From Nitrosopumilus sp. (lineage in GTDB: Archaea > Thermoproteota > Nitrososphaeria > Nitrososphaerales > Nitrosopumilaceae): 64,000 bases of DNA. Position 1 is the first letter of the stretch. Every line of letters begins with the position of its first letter. Under the pieces are notes generated by a model. The model was not told the DNA's origin, made no database searches, and saw only the letters and a list, made by a program, of their open reading frames with translations. Below are positions 1 to 8,644 of this stretch, one piece after another. The stretch covers positions 1,248,001 to 1,312,000 of the forward strand of contig OZ242220.1 in NCBI GenBank assembly GCA_965206745.1. The letters are read 5' to 3'. Position numbers and translations under genes: made by a program.

Positions 1-6
1 AAACCG

Positions 7-240
7 ATGCACAAAGGATTCATTCTATTAAATTCCGATTTAGGAGCAGAAGAATACATCGTAGATGAGTTAAAACAGATGCAAAATATCAAAAACGCAT
101 ATTTGACTTTTGGGGCATATGATGTAATTGCAGAGATTCAAACCCAGAATGAAGATGAGTTTGAAAAAGTGATTGCAACCATTCGAAAACTCTCCAGAGT
201 AGTCAGCACTATGACTCTAAACGTGATAGTTCCCGAATAA
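7..240 (+). CDS. Lrp/AsnC ligand-binding (RAM) domain protein
   Basis: 77 aa; AYLTFGAYDVIAEI motif and C-terminal IRKL..V.ST.TL typical of stand-alone RAM domains. Confidence 0.85.
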   Translation: MHKGFILLNSDLGAEEYIVDELKQMQNIKNAYLTFGAYDVIAEIQTQNEDEFEKVIATIRKLSRVVSTMTLNVIVPE

Positions 241-273
241 TTGTTATATCAGTGAATTTAGTATTGTTTTAAA

Positions 274-564
274 TTGCAGAAAATTGATTATGAGGGGAAA
301 GTTTGGGTGCTAAATTACAACAATCCAGAACCATTATTGGATCATGCCATTCACATGCTAGAAAGACACGGAGTAAAACGGGAAGATATGGAAATTACTG
401 AAACCCCAATTACAAAGGTGGGCTCAATAGTGGTGGAGATTTGGCCATATGAACTAGTCATCGGAAGAGTCAGGACTACACGAAATGATTCATTTATCAG
501 CGGTACGGAATTTACGATCGAATTAAAATTAGACGAAGGCGGAAACTATATAGATTATCTTTGA
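274..564 (+). CDS. hypothetical protein
   Basis: 96-aa ORF with TTG start; stop overlaps next start (TTGA). Confidence 0.6.
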   Translation: MQKIDYEGKVWVLNYNNPEPLLDHAIHMLERHGVKREDMEITETPITKVGSIVVEIWPYELVIGRVRTTRNDSFISGTEFTIELKLDEGGNYIDYL

Positions 565-1250
565 AAAAAAATAAAATTCAAAACATCACCATTGCTTTAA
601 TAAGCATCATAGTCATTGGTGTAGTTATTGCATACAATTATTCAGCAGAGCAGACCAGACAGCAGGGATTTCAATTCGGCAACGAACTTGCACTGATTCA
701 ACAAGATGTTGCAGAATTGCAAAAAAAATTTTACTCTGAAAAAATAAAGTGGGACGAAGGAGACATTACAAAGGAAGGGCTGTTAAAATATTATGAAGGG
801 CATGTAGAGAAATTTGAGGATGTGATTTCCAGATATGACAAATTATCCGCACCTGAACTGTTTGAAAGTTCAGTGGAATTATTCAAGATATCATCTCAGA
901 CGCAATTAAAAAGTGACATAGAATACATCAAATGGATTATGTCAGGGGATGAATCAGCAAAAATAAGATCAGATACACAGATTCAAGAAGCATACGAATA
1001 TGAGAACTTGGGATTAGTTGAGTTTCAGTTATCTAAAGCAGGGATGGTAGAGTTTGATCAAGCAGATAAATTTACACCACCAGACAACGTAATCAAGCAG
1101 AAGGTAATTCAAATTTCAGACAAGATGAAAGAGGAATGTGATTTGAAGTTTAAAAATGAAATTGGTGAATTTGACTCAGATAAGATCGAGGTTGAGTGGT
1201 TCGATTGTTTTAACAAGGCTGAAAAATGGAAAAAAGATCATTTGCCTTAA
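561..1250 (+). CDS. membrane-anchored hypothetical protein
   Basis: N-terminal KK plus hydrophobic helix (ITIALISIIVIGVVIAY) followed by a helical soluble domain. Confidence 0.7.
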   Translation: MKKNKIQNITIALISIIVIGVVIAYNYSAEQTRQQGFQFGNELALIQQDVAELQKKFYSEKIKWDEGDITKEGLLKYYEGHVEKFEDVISRYDKLSAPELFESSVELFKISSQTQLKSDIEYIKWIMSGDESAKIRSDTQIQEAYEYENLGLVEFQLSKAGMVEFDQADKFTPPDNVIKQKVIQISDKMKEECDLKFKNEIGEFDSDKIEVEWFDCFNKAEKWKKDHLP

Positions 1251-1258
1251 AAGAGATA

Positions 1259-1717
1259 CTATAACAGACCAGATTTTTGCAACATTTCAAAAGTTTCAAA
1301 GAGTTCTGAGCCTAATGATTTTTGGTCAAGCGGAGTGGGTTTTGAAAATGTTATTTGAAATGATACCGTAAGCATGTCCTGATCAGTATGAGAAATCCTC
1401 ACTGAATGCCATTTATTATTGATTTGCGATAAAAATGATTTCCATTTCTGCAAATGCTCATGAACGCGAGATACTTGGTCCTCTACATTAGCCAGAGTAG
1501 TATTCAAATCAGTGTCAAACAGTCTGAATTTGACAAGAGGGATCATGATCATTCCGCCTGGGACACAATCATGGTTTTGCAACATGGATGAAATAATTTC
1601 TTCTGCATTATTTTTTGAAAAGATATCCCCATAATCAGGATCAAAATACCCTGCAATGAGTTTCTTTGAATCATAAATCCTGAAATAGCCATCATCTGAT
1701 TCTAATTTCCACAACAC
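1259..1717 (-). CDS. hypothetical protein
   Basis: 152-aa ORF convergent with the preceding gene; AT-rich TATA-like tract about 25 bp upstream. Confidence 0.65.
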   Translation of the reverse strand: MLWKLESDDGYFRIYDSKKLIAGYFDPDYGDIFSKNNAEEIISSMLQNHDCVPGGMIMIPLVKFRLFDTDLNTTLANVEDQVSRVHEHLQKWKSFLSQINNKWHSVRISHTDQDMLTVSFQITFSKPTPLDQKSLGSELFETFEMLQKSGLL

Positions 1718-1955
1718 ATTGAGAACAATCTATCAATAAATAAACGGTTAACTGCCAGATTTCTAGTTCCATGTCAATGTAAATTGAATTTTCATGCCTT
1801 CCAAGATCCAGAGATAAATCTGCAAACAAATGGCGTAAATGTAGACTGGAATCAAAGACTAGCAGTTAAACTCTAGATCTAATTCCACAACTGCATTTAC
1901 ATCATGGCTTGCAACCAAGAAACTACAAAATCACATCATACATTCACATATAGCG

Positions 1956-1999
1956 ACAAGTAAAAGTTCATCGGAGTAGATCTAGTTGTTTACCTTAAG
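1956..1999. repeat. 44-bp dispersed repeat, copy 1
   Basis: ACAAGTAAAAGTTCATCGGAGTAGATCTAGTTGTTTACCTTAAG; 42/44 identical to 27791-27834, same orientation. Confidence 0.9.
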
Positions 2000-2381
2000 T
2001 GAAAACAGAGATAAACTTTCGATTATGGCCATACATTACAAAGATCAACATATTCTCCATTGTTGCCACACGATAAATAAGAATTCCACGATCTCAAAAT
2101 ATTTTTGTGTTATCGGCTTTTTAGAGAAAGGGATTCTTTTGTCAAATAGTAAGCCATTCAAGCCAAGACTTTACAATGGAATTACTTTGATCACGTAGAT
2201 GTTTAGATATCATTATCCTGAGATTTGATTCAAACATTATAGGGATCTTTTCAAATGCAACATTACAGAATCTGCATAACAACAACCCATTAGCAAGGTT
2301 CACAGCATTATTAGCAGCGACATCTTACCTCATTACTACAGTGTCCAGAATCAAGCATCCTAAATATCGAAGATATTAATT

Positions 2382-3221
2382 TCATTTATTCACTAAAACA
2401 TGCATTTCTTTTCGTTTTTTAACTTCATTAATTAAGCAGATCTTTGCAAATGTATTTTCATCAAAATCAATTCCCTTCAATGAGTTTTTCTTAATCATTT
2501 GTGGATATTCACTATATTTTCTTCTATTGATGGTCCTACCTCCAGATTTTGGTCTAAACCCTCCCCACTGCTTGAAAAATACCGGAACCTCTTGTTTTTT
2601 ACATTGTTCAATAATCTCTTCTATCCATTCTTTCTTTACTTTACGAAAATGATGTCCGCTTTCACCGCCGATAATTACCCAATCAATTCCTTTCAAATTC
2701 ACTTTTCCTACCGAATCAAGTAATGGTTCAAAACTAATGAATCGAGTATGGCATTTTACTTTACGTAAATCATTGATTCTAGAAACATATTGTTTGTTTT
2801 CGATACTAGTTCCCATCCACATAAAGTTAGGGATTTTGTGTCCAAAATATTCAAAAAATAAATTAGAAAATTCAGCCATGCGCTTGGGTCGTTTTGTCAA
2901 TATTTGATAATCGTGCCAATCAGCTTGCACCATAGTTGAAAAACATTTGCCGGTGAATTCAAAGGTAGAATTTTCATGAAATAAATCCGACATGCTATTT
3001 ACAAAAATCTTTTTTGGTTTTTTCCAAGTTAGTGGCAAATAGATATCAGAAGGATGTTCAACATATTGAAAATTTTTTTTGTATTTTTGTTGTCCCATTG
3101 CTTTCAATCTCTTAGTCAAAGTTTCTGCATAGCAATTCTTACAGCCTGAAGAAATTTTACTACATCCAGTTGTAGGATTCCAAGTTGCCTCAGTCCATTC
3201 AATTTGAGAGCCGATTGCCAA
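2382..3221 (-). CDS. DUF5131 / phage Gp37-Gp68 family protein (three-Cys motif, radical-SAM-like)
   Basis: IEWTEATWNPTTGCSKISSGCKNCYAE (Cx6Cx2C), FVNSMSDLFHE, ILTKRP, FISFEPLL, WVIIGGESG, VPVFFKQWGG. Confidence 0.93.
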   Translation of the reverse strand: MAIGSQIEWTEATWNPTTGCSKISSGCKNCYAETLTKRLKAMGQQKYKKNFQYVEHPSDIYLPLTWKKPKKIFVNSMSDLFHENSTFEFTGKCFSTMVQADWHDYQILTKRPKRMAEFSNLFFEYFGHKIPNFMWMGTSIENKQYVSRINDLRKVKCHTRFISFEPLLDSVGKVNLKGIDWVIIGGESGHHFRKVKKEWIEEIIEQCKKQEVPVFFKQWGGFRPKSGGRTINRRKYSEYPQMIKKNSLKGIDFDENTFAKICLINEVKKRKEMHVLVNK

Positions 3222-3245
3222 TGATTATTCAGGAAAACAATAATC

Positions 3246-3259
3246 TTTAAATGTTTAAA
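3246..3259. promoter_or_regulatory. back-to-back TATA boxes of the divergent DUF5131/TcmP promoter
   Basis: TTTAAA-TG-TTTAAA; each hexamer lies about 24-30 bp from one of the two start codons (3221, 3283). Confidence 0.55.
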
Positions 3260-3282
3260 ACTTGTATTTGTAACCAATTAAA

Positions 3283-4239
3283 ATGTCGCCAAAAATAAAA
3301 CAAGAAGAGTGGATTCGAGATAAATTAAAACAACTTCTAGATATTGGAAGTAAACTACATGATAATGAGGTTAAAAATCAATATGCAGAATATACAGCTT
3401 TAAAATTAATTTCGGTATCATATTATAAAGAAATATTTTTGAGCGTTGTAAAAAAGAATAAAAAAGCTAAAGAGTACTATGACGGAGCAGTTTACATCGA
3501 TCTATTTGCAGGTTCTGGATTAGTTGAATTATCATCTAATAAAGACATCATAGCAGGTTCACCTTTATGCGTACTTTCAAACAATAATGAGAATTTTGAT
3601 TTTGCAATATGTGTAGAAGATAACGAAAAACGAAAAAAAGTATTAGAGAATAGATTAAAAAAAATAATGTCACCAAAGGATTTCAAAGTGATCAAAGGAG
3701 ACTGCAATAAAGTAATAGACGACGTAATACTATCAATTAATGAAAGATTCAAGAACCCCATTGTTTTTACATTTGTAGATCCTGAAGGAATGGAAGTCAA
3801 AATGAAGACATTACAACGCCTTTCAGATGCATTTCCTGCACAAGATTTTATGATAAATGTGGGATCTCAAGGAGTACTTAGAGTTAAAGGGAAATTAGAC
3901 AAAGGAGACATGTCAACAGAAGATACTTGGAATCAATTCTGGGGAGAACATGACGCAAAAGATCTGTTGTCAGAAATTGCTCAAGGAAAAAAAGTAGAAA
4001 AAAAATATCAGGAAAAATTGGATTTGATGTTAGGTAAAAAATTGGGAGAGACAATTCCAATTAAAGGAGTTCCTGGAAATATAGAATATTATATTCTAGC
4101 ATATTCAAGAAAAACAAAAGGGGAAGGAGGATATACAAAAGCATTGACTGCCTTAAAAAATAGGATTGAAAAAGAAGATAAAAAATCAGTAAAAAGAATG
4201 CTAGATGTGATTACTGGAAGAAATCAAACATTAATGTAA
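3283..4239 (+). CDS. tcmP: three-Cys-motif partner protein (TcmP-like, SAM-dependent methyltransferase fold)
   Basis: T..KL...YY N-terminal motif, YIDLFAGSG SAM-binding loop, GSPL, GDCN, FTFVDPEG; adjacent to DUF5131, as is typical of this family. Confidence 0.85.
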   Translation: MSPKIKQEEWIRDKLKQLLDIGSKLHDNEVKNQYAEYTALKLISVSYYKEIFLSVVKKNKKAKEYYDGAVYIDLFAGSGLVELSSNKDIIAGSPLCVLSNNNENFDFAICVEDNEKRKKVLENRLKKIMSPKDFKVIKGDCNKVIDDVILSINERFKNPIVFTFVDPEGMEVKMKTLQRLSDAFPAQDFMINVGSQGVLRVKGKLDKGDMSTEDTWNQFWGEHDAKDLLSEIAQGKKVEKKYQEKLDLMLGKKLGETIPIKGVPGNIEYYILAYSRKTKGEGGYTKALTALKNRIEKEDKKSVKRMLDVITGRNQTLM

Positions 4240-4469
4240 ACAAACGGACTAAATCGTTATTCTACAATCAAATAACAGAATTAATTATTTTTTGCATCAT
4301 GTAATTACGACATTAATCGTATTCTCAACACAATCAAAAGGTGAGGGATAATGCAGATAAATTAATTGCCAAATAGGAATATTCCAAATAACATCACAAT
4401 TTAGTAGTTAAACAAATTATTGATACCATAGACAATTAAATAAACTAAGAAATTTAACAGATATAGAGA

Positions 4470-4805
4470 ATGACAATTTCCAAGGAAAACAAGGATTTCA
4501 TAGACAGTTTGATCGATTATTACATTAGTGAATCAGAATCGTATAAGCAGATAGCAGGAAACTTTGTTCCCGAGATAGAATCAGTTCCAGATACGGCATT
4601 TGGGATTATTACAGGGTGCGTGTATTCGGGGTTTTTGCAAGCATATCAGAATCAGCAGCAAACACCGAGTTTGGAGGACATGAAGGAATTCAATCAGATA
4701 ATAAAAGACAGAGCCGCATTGATCAAGAAATCCATCATGGATCCTCCAAGTGCCAAGACCATGCAGGATGAGGCAAAAAAAGTACCTGAAAACAAAGATT
4801 TGTAA
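4470..4805 (+). CDS. conserved hypothetical protein
   Basis: 111-aa ORF; TTAAATAAA about 30 bp upstream; helical DTAFGIITG core. Confidence 0.7.
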   Translation: MTISKENKDFIDSLIDYYISESESYKQIAGNFVPEIESVPDTAFGIITGCVYSGFLQAYQNQQQTPSLEDMKEFNQIIKDRAALIKKSIMDPPSAKTMQDEAKKVPENKDL

Positions 4806-4810
4806 TGATG

Positions 4811-4836
4811 AAAATGTGCCCCAAAGGGCACATTTT
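4811..4836. repeat. 11-bp inverted repeat (hairpin) just after the stop codon
   Basis: AAAATGTGCCC-CAAA-GGGCACATTTT; possible terminator or RNA stability element. Confidence 0.7.
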
Positions 4837-5006
4837 GGGGGATTGTTGGGCTGGTCGTATTGTCGCATGTATGCAAATACATCGGGTATGCGATGACAAA
4901 CATAGGCAAATTTCTATTAAAACACTTGCGTAGCAATCATCAGTAAAGCAATTTTAAATAATCAAAAATCAGTACAGTTTAATTCTAACATTTATCAATA
5001 ATAATT

Positions 5007-5099
5007 ATGAATGTTGATGGAAGCAAGATCATCTTTGGGTTGGGGGTAACAGCAGCAGTGGTGACAGCAGTGGTGGCATTGTATTTTTCAATTCGTTAA
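5007..5099 (+). CDS. small single-pass membrane protein (30 aa; not in ORF track)
   Basis: MNVDGSKIIFGLGVTAAVVTAVVALYFSIR; one hydrophobic helix. Confidence 0.5.
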   Translation: MNVDGSKIIFGLGVTAAVVTAVVALYFSIR

Positions 5100-5130
5100 A
5101 GATAAATCATCGTAGAAATTAGATGCATCA

Positions 5131-5451
5131 GTGTCGGCTACAAATGAATTTAAAATTACGCAGATAGTGGATAATGGACATATAATCCAACTGACATTAA
5201 TTGAAAATATCTCGACTGAGCCAATTTCACAGCAACAGATGATTATTGAAAATGTTGCCAAAAATCTAGATTCTGAAACAAAAGAGCAAGTGATGCCATT
5301 ATTAGAAGCAATTTTGCAAGCACAGCCCAAAGTGAACATCAAATCATACCAACAGACCCAAATGACAATTACAATGCCAAAATCAAGATATGAGGGTATG
5401 GGAAGGCCTCAAGTTGGAAATGTTATTGCAACAGACCTGAAAAAGATCTAG
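5131..5451 (+). CDS. hypothetical protein, arcadin-1-like
   Basis: [14 protein letters not shown] and [22 protein letters not shown] resemble my recollection of crenarchaeal arcadin-1; unverified. Confidence 0.55.
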   Translation: MSATNEFKITQIVDNGHIIQLTLIENISTEPISQQQMIIENVAKNLDSETKEQVMPLLEAILQAQPKVNIKSYQQTQMTITMPKSRYEGMGRPQVGNVIATDLKKI

Positions 5452-7475
5452 AGATTTGACTTTACCTCATCAAGAGTATAAAGCGGCAGTGAGCATGTAA
5501 AATCCCTACAAACAAACACGCTGGTCCTATCCTCAAAGGATTTACCAGCAAAGAAAGGATACTCAGACAGAGCATCTAGTTGGGAGGAATTCTGAACTGT
5601 GATTAAGATTGAATTTGGCAGATAATCTAAAAGCAGTGACTGGCATATTTGAGAATTCTCGGTGTTGATAAGGGTGATCTCGACGGGTTTTTGAACATAC
5701 ATTGAAATTGTGTTTAGCAGGTATCCAAATCCAAATGGGTTTTCAGCGGCAACTTGTGCCTGAGATTCCATTATTTTGGTGGTTATCTCAAGAAGAGTCT
5801 TCTCTTGAGAAAGGTGATACAGTCTAAGCATTACAAAAGCAGAAACAGAGTTTCCAGAAGGCAAAGACAGATCATAGTTACTCTTGGGACGAATGATCAG
5901 CTTTTCATGATCATCAGAGGTCATAAAGAAACTGTTATTCTCAGAATCCCAGAAATGATCTACTAGATGTCGTCCAAGATTCAAAGACAGTTTAAGATAC
6001 TTTGAGTCAGGCTCAAGTTCAAAAACATCCAGTAACGCATTGATAAAATAAGAGTAATCCTCCAAATAGCCATCAATTTTTGCAACCCCGTTTTTGTAAG
6101 TTCGTAATAGTTTCTCATCAGCAAAAAGATTCCTTTCTATAAAGGAGATGCAATTCTTTGCAGCATCAAGGTATCGGACATCCCCAGTCACCCCATACCC
6201 CTTGGCAAACGCAGTAATCATCAAAGAGTTCCATGAAACCAAGACTTTATCATCCAGCCCAGGCGGAACTCTGGCAGAGCGGGCTTGGAGCAATCTTTCT
6301 GAGCAGGATTTTAGAATTTCGCGAACTTTGGGTTCAGGCATTTCAAAATTAAAAGATACAGCAGAGATGTCAAGATTGTTACACAAGATATTATTTCCCT
6401 CCCAGTTTCCCCCATCAGTCACATCATAGTATAAGCAGAATAGATCCGCATCACTTCCAAGAATCTCCTTAATTTCGCTTTTCTTCCATACGTAATACTT
6501 TCCCTCTATCCCTTCAGAATCAGCATCATATGCGGAATAAAAACCGCCTTCAGGAGAAGTCATTTCACGTAATACAAAATCAAGTGTTTTTTTTAAAACA
6601 TCCAGGTAGAAGGGATCTTTTGTGATCTGGTATGCTTCAGCATAATTTACAGGGATCAGTGCATTGTCATAAAGCATCTTTTCAAAATGAGGGACCAGCC
6701 ATTTTGCATCTGTAGAATATCTTGAGAATCCGCCTCCAATCTGATCAAAAATTCCTCCATTGGCCATTTTCTTGAGAGTCTTGAGTGCAAATTCATTGAA
6801 TTTTTCCAATCCAGAAAGTTTTGCATACCTAAATAGGAATGATATGTTTGCGGCATTGGGAAACTTTGGTGCAGAGCCAAATCCGCCATATGTCGTATCA
6901 CACAATTGAAACAAGTTCATGGCGGCTTGATCAAGAATGCTTTGCTCTAATTTTGACGGAGTGGAAATTGTTTCAGTTTTGTTTAATGCATCTACGAACT
7001 TTTTAGCAGATGCCTCAATATCCCGTGGTTTTTCTTTCCATGCTTGTGAGAGTTGCCTGCAGATACTTCCAAATCCGGGACGCCCGTAGGAATCCAAAAC
7101 TGGAAAATATGTGCCAACATAAAACGGTTTTTGATCAGGAGTAAGAAAAATGCTCAAAGGCCATCCGCCTTGGCCTGTTGCCATCTGGCAAACTTTTTGA
7201 TAAATATCATCAATGTCAGGTCGTTCTTCCCTATCAACTTTTATGTTGATGAAATTTTCATTCATGAATCTAGCAACTTCCTCATTTTCAAATGATTCGT
7301 GTGCCATCACATGGCACCAATGGCAGGAGCTGTACCCTATGCTTAGAAAGATCGGTTTGTTCTCGTCTTTTGCCTTTTTTAATGAATTGTCATTCCACCC
7401 ATGCCAGTCGACTGGGTTGTGCGCATGTTGCAGCAAATACGGACTGCTTTCATCAATGAGATTATTTTCTACCAC
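5448..7475 (-). CDS. thioredoxin domain-containing protein, YyaL/SSP411 (DUF255) family
   Basis: [54 protein letters not shown]. Confidence 0.95.
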   Translation of the reverse strand: MVENNLIDESSPYLLQHAHNPVDWHGWNDNSLKKAKDENKPIFLSIGYSSCHWCHVMAHESFENEEVARFMNENFINIKVDREERPDIDDIYQKVCQMATGQGGWPLSIFLTPDQKPFYVGTYFPVLDSYGRPGFGSICRQLSQAWKEKPRDIEASAKKFVDALNKTETISTPSKLEQSILDQAAMNLFQLCDTTYGGFGSAPKFPNAANISFLFRYAKLSGLEKFNEFALKTLKKMANGGIFDQIGGGFSRYSTDAKWLVPHFEKMLYDNALIPVNYAEAYQITKDPFYLDVLKKTLDFVLREMTSPEGGFYSAYDADSEGIEGKYYVWKKSEIKEILGSDADLFCLYYDVTDGGNWEGNNILCNNLDISAVSFNFEMPEPKVREILKSCSERLLQARSARVPPGLDDKVLVSWNSLMITAFAKGYGVTGDVRYLDAAKNCISFIERNLFADEKLLRTYKNGVAKIDGYLEDYSYFINALLDVFELEPDSKYLKLSLNLGRHLVDHFWDSENNSFFMTSDDHEKLIIRPKSNYDLSLPSGNSVSAFVMLRLYHLSQEKTLLEITTKIMESQAQVAAENPFGFGYLLNTISMYVQKPVEITLINTENSQICQSLLLDYLPNSILITVQNSSQLDALSEYPFFAGKSFEDRTSVFVCRDFTCSLPLYTLDEVKSNL

Positions 7476-7519
7476 AATTTATCAGATTTGTTTGAATATT
7501 TGTACCTAATCAGCACATG

Positions 7520-7759
7520 TCAATTCCAGATTCCCTTTCCCTCAGTTAATTCATAAATTCTGACATTAATTTTTCCCAACAGTTTCACTTTAGATTTGTG
7601 GGCTTTTTTGTCGTGACTGTAATCCTTTTTTTCAACCAGTTCTTGCAATCGTGTTAACTGCTTCAAAGTCAGTTTTTTAAACTCGTGCTTGGAGCTAGTA
7701 ATGAGTTGTAATAGTTTTATCCTTTCACGATCATCATTAGAAATTTCAGCCATGCCCAA
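7520..7759 (-). CDS. hypothetical basic protein
   Basis: 79-aa Lys-rich helical ORF co-oriented with the yyaL-like gene. Confidence 0.6.
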   Translation of the reverse strand: MGMAEISNDDRERIKLLQLITSSKHEFKKLTLKQLTRLQELVEKKDYSHDKKAHKSKVKLLGKINVRIYELTEGKGIWN

Positions 7760-7927
7760 TATTCTTCAATTTTGCAAATAAATCTTAGCCCCAGATCAAG
7801 ATTTGCCTACAGCCTAGGGAGAGCAGAACCACAAGGTTAGCCAGAGAGATGGCAGCTTTGATAACTACAGTATGTTTAATACTAAAAACAGTCCCTATGG
7901 GTTTAAAAAAGACATTTCAAGAGTAGA

Positions 7928-8518
7928 TCAAAAGCACAGTCCAAGTATGCAAAACGGCTCCTTCTCCACAGGGACCGATTCATAAGATTGTGGACTTTTT
8001 GCATATTCTTCTAATCCATTCAAACTTGTATGCAACATAGATTCAATATCATCATCTGAAACAAAAGATGTCAACAGTCCCATATGCCAGCTTCTTTGAA
8101 GATAAAGTTTGGCTGAAACGTCAGTCTCATTCTGAATATTGCCATCATCTGATGTTTCAACCATTGTAATGTGGAGCTTTGTACCTTTGAAGCCTCCAGA
8201 AATTACCTCCAGTATGACATTGTCACCAGATTTGGCAAATTTGATATCAGTGTCAATAGAGATCCAATCCAGACCTATTTTCATATTTCCAACATCATCT
8301 CCAATTAATTTAGAAGATTGGATGTAATCAGGCAAAATTTGAGAATATCTTTCCAAATGAGAGATGGCATCAACTAGGGATGTTTTGTCGACATTTACTG
8401 TTTTTTGAATTGAAACAATTTTTTCAGCAAATATGGACGGGGTTGCAGAAACGATCAAAAGCAGAACTAGACTTAAAAATAAAATTTTGTGGCCCGATTT
8501 TATCTTGTCCATTATCAA
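7928..8518 (-). CDS. exported SRPBCC/START-like (polyketide cyclase-like) protein
   Basis: signal peptide (ILFLSLVLLLIVSATPSIFA); ISHLERYSQILPDYIQSSK and LEVISGGFKGT pattern; C-terminal helix. Confidence 0.6.
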   Translation of the reverse strand: MIMDKIKSGHKILFLSLVLLLIVSATPSIFAEKIVSIQKTVNVDKTSLVDAISHLERYSQILPDYIQSSKLIGDDVGNMKIGLDWISIDTDIKFAKSGDNVILEVISGGFKGTKLHITMVETSDDGNIQNETDVSAKLYLQRSWHMGLLTSFVSDDDIESMLHTSLNGLEEYAKSPQSYESVPVEKEPFCILGLCF

Positions 8519-8644
8519 ACCTACGTATCTTGTCTTTTAAGCATGTCGTAGTAATCACATCATGGTTTGAGATGCCCAATGTGTCTTATTTCAAATTTTT
8601 ATTCGGAAATTCTACATTGATTTATTCTGCCTAGCCTGCAAAGA

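Noticed and set aside
1965-1985. Minus-strand CTACTCCGAT / CCGATGA as a group II intron 3' end or hammerhead core
   Set aside because: No domain V upstream, no GAAA or stems of a hammerhead, and the repeat continues past the supposed end.
1986-2198. 70-aa track ORF in the island flank
   Set aside because: No recognisable motif; it starts inside the non-coding repeat and is probably spurious.
1737-4445. TAAATAAAC at 1737-1745 and 4437-4445 as a target-site duplication bounding the island
   Set aside because: Low-complexity 9-mer; each copy sits at the TATA position of a flanking core gene.
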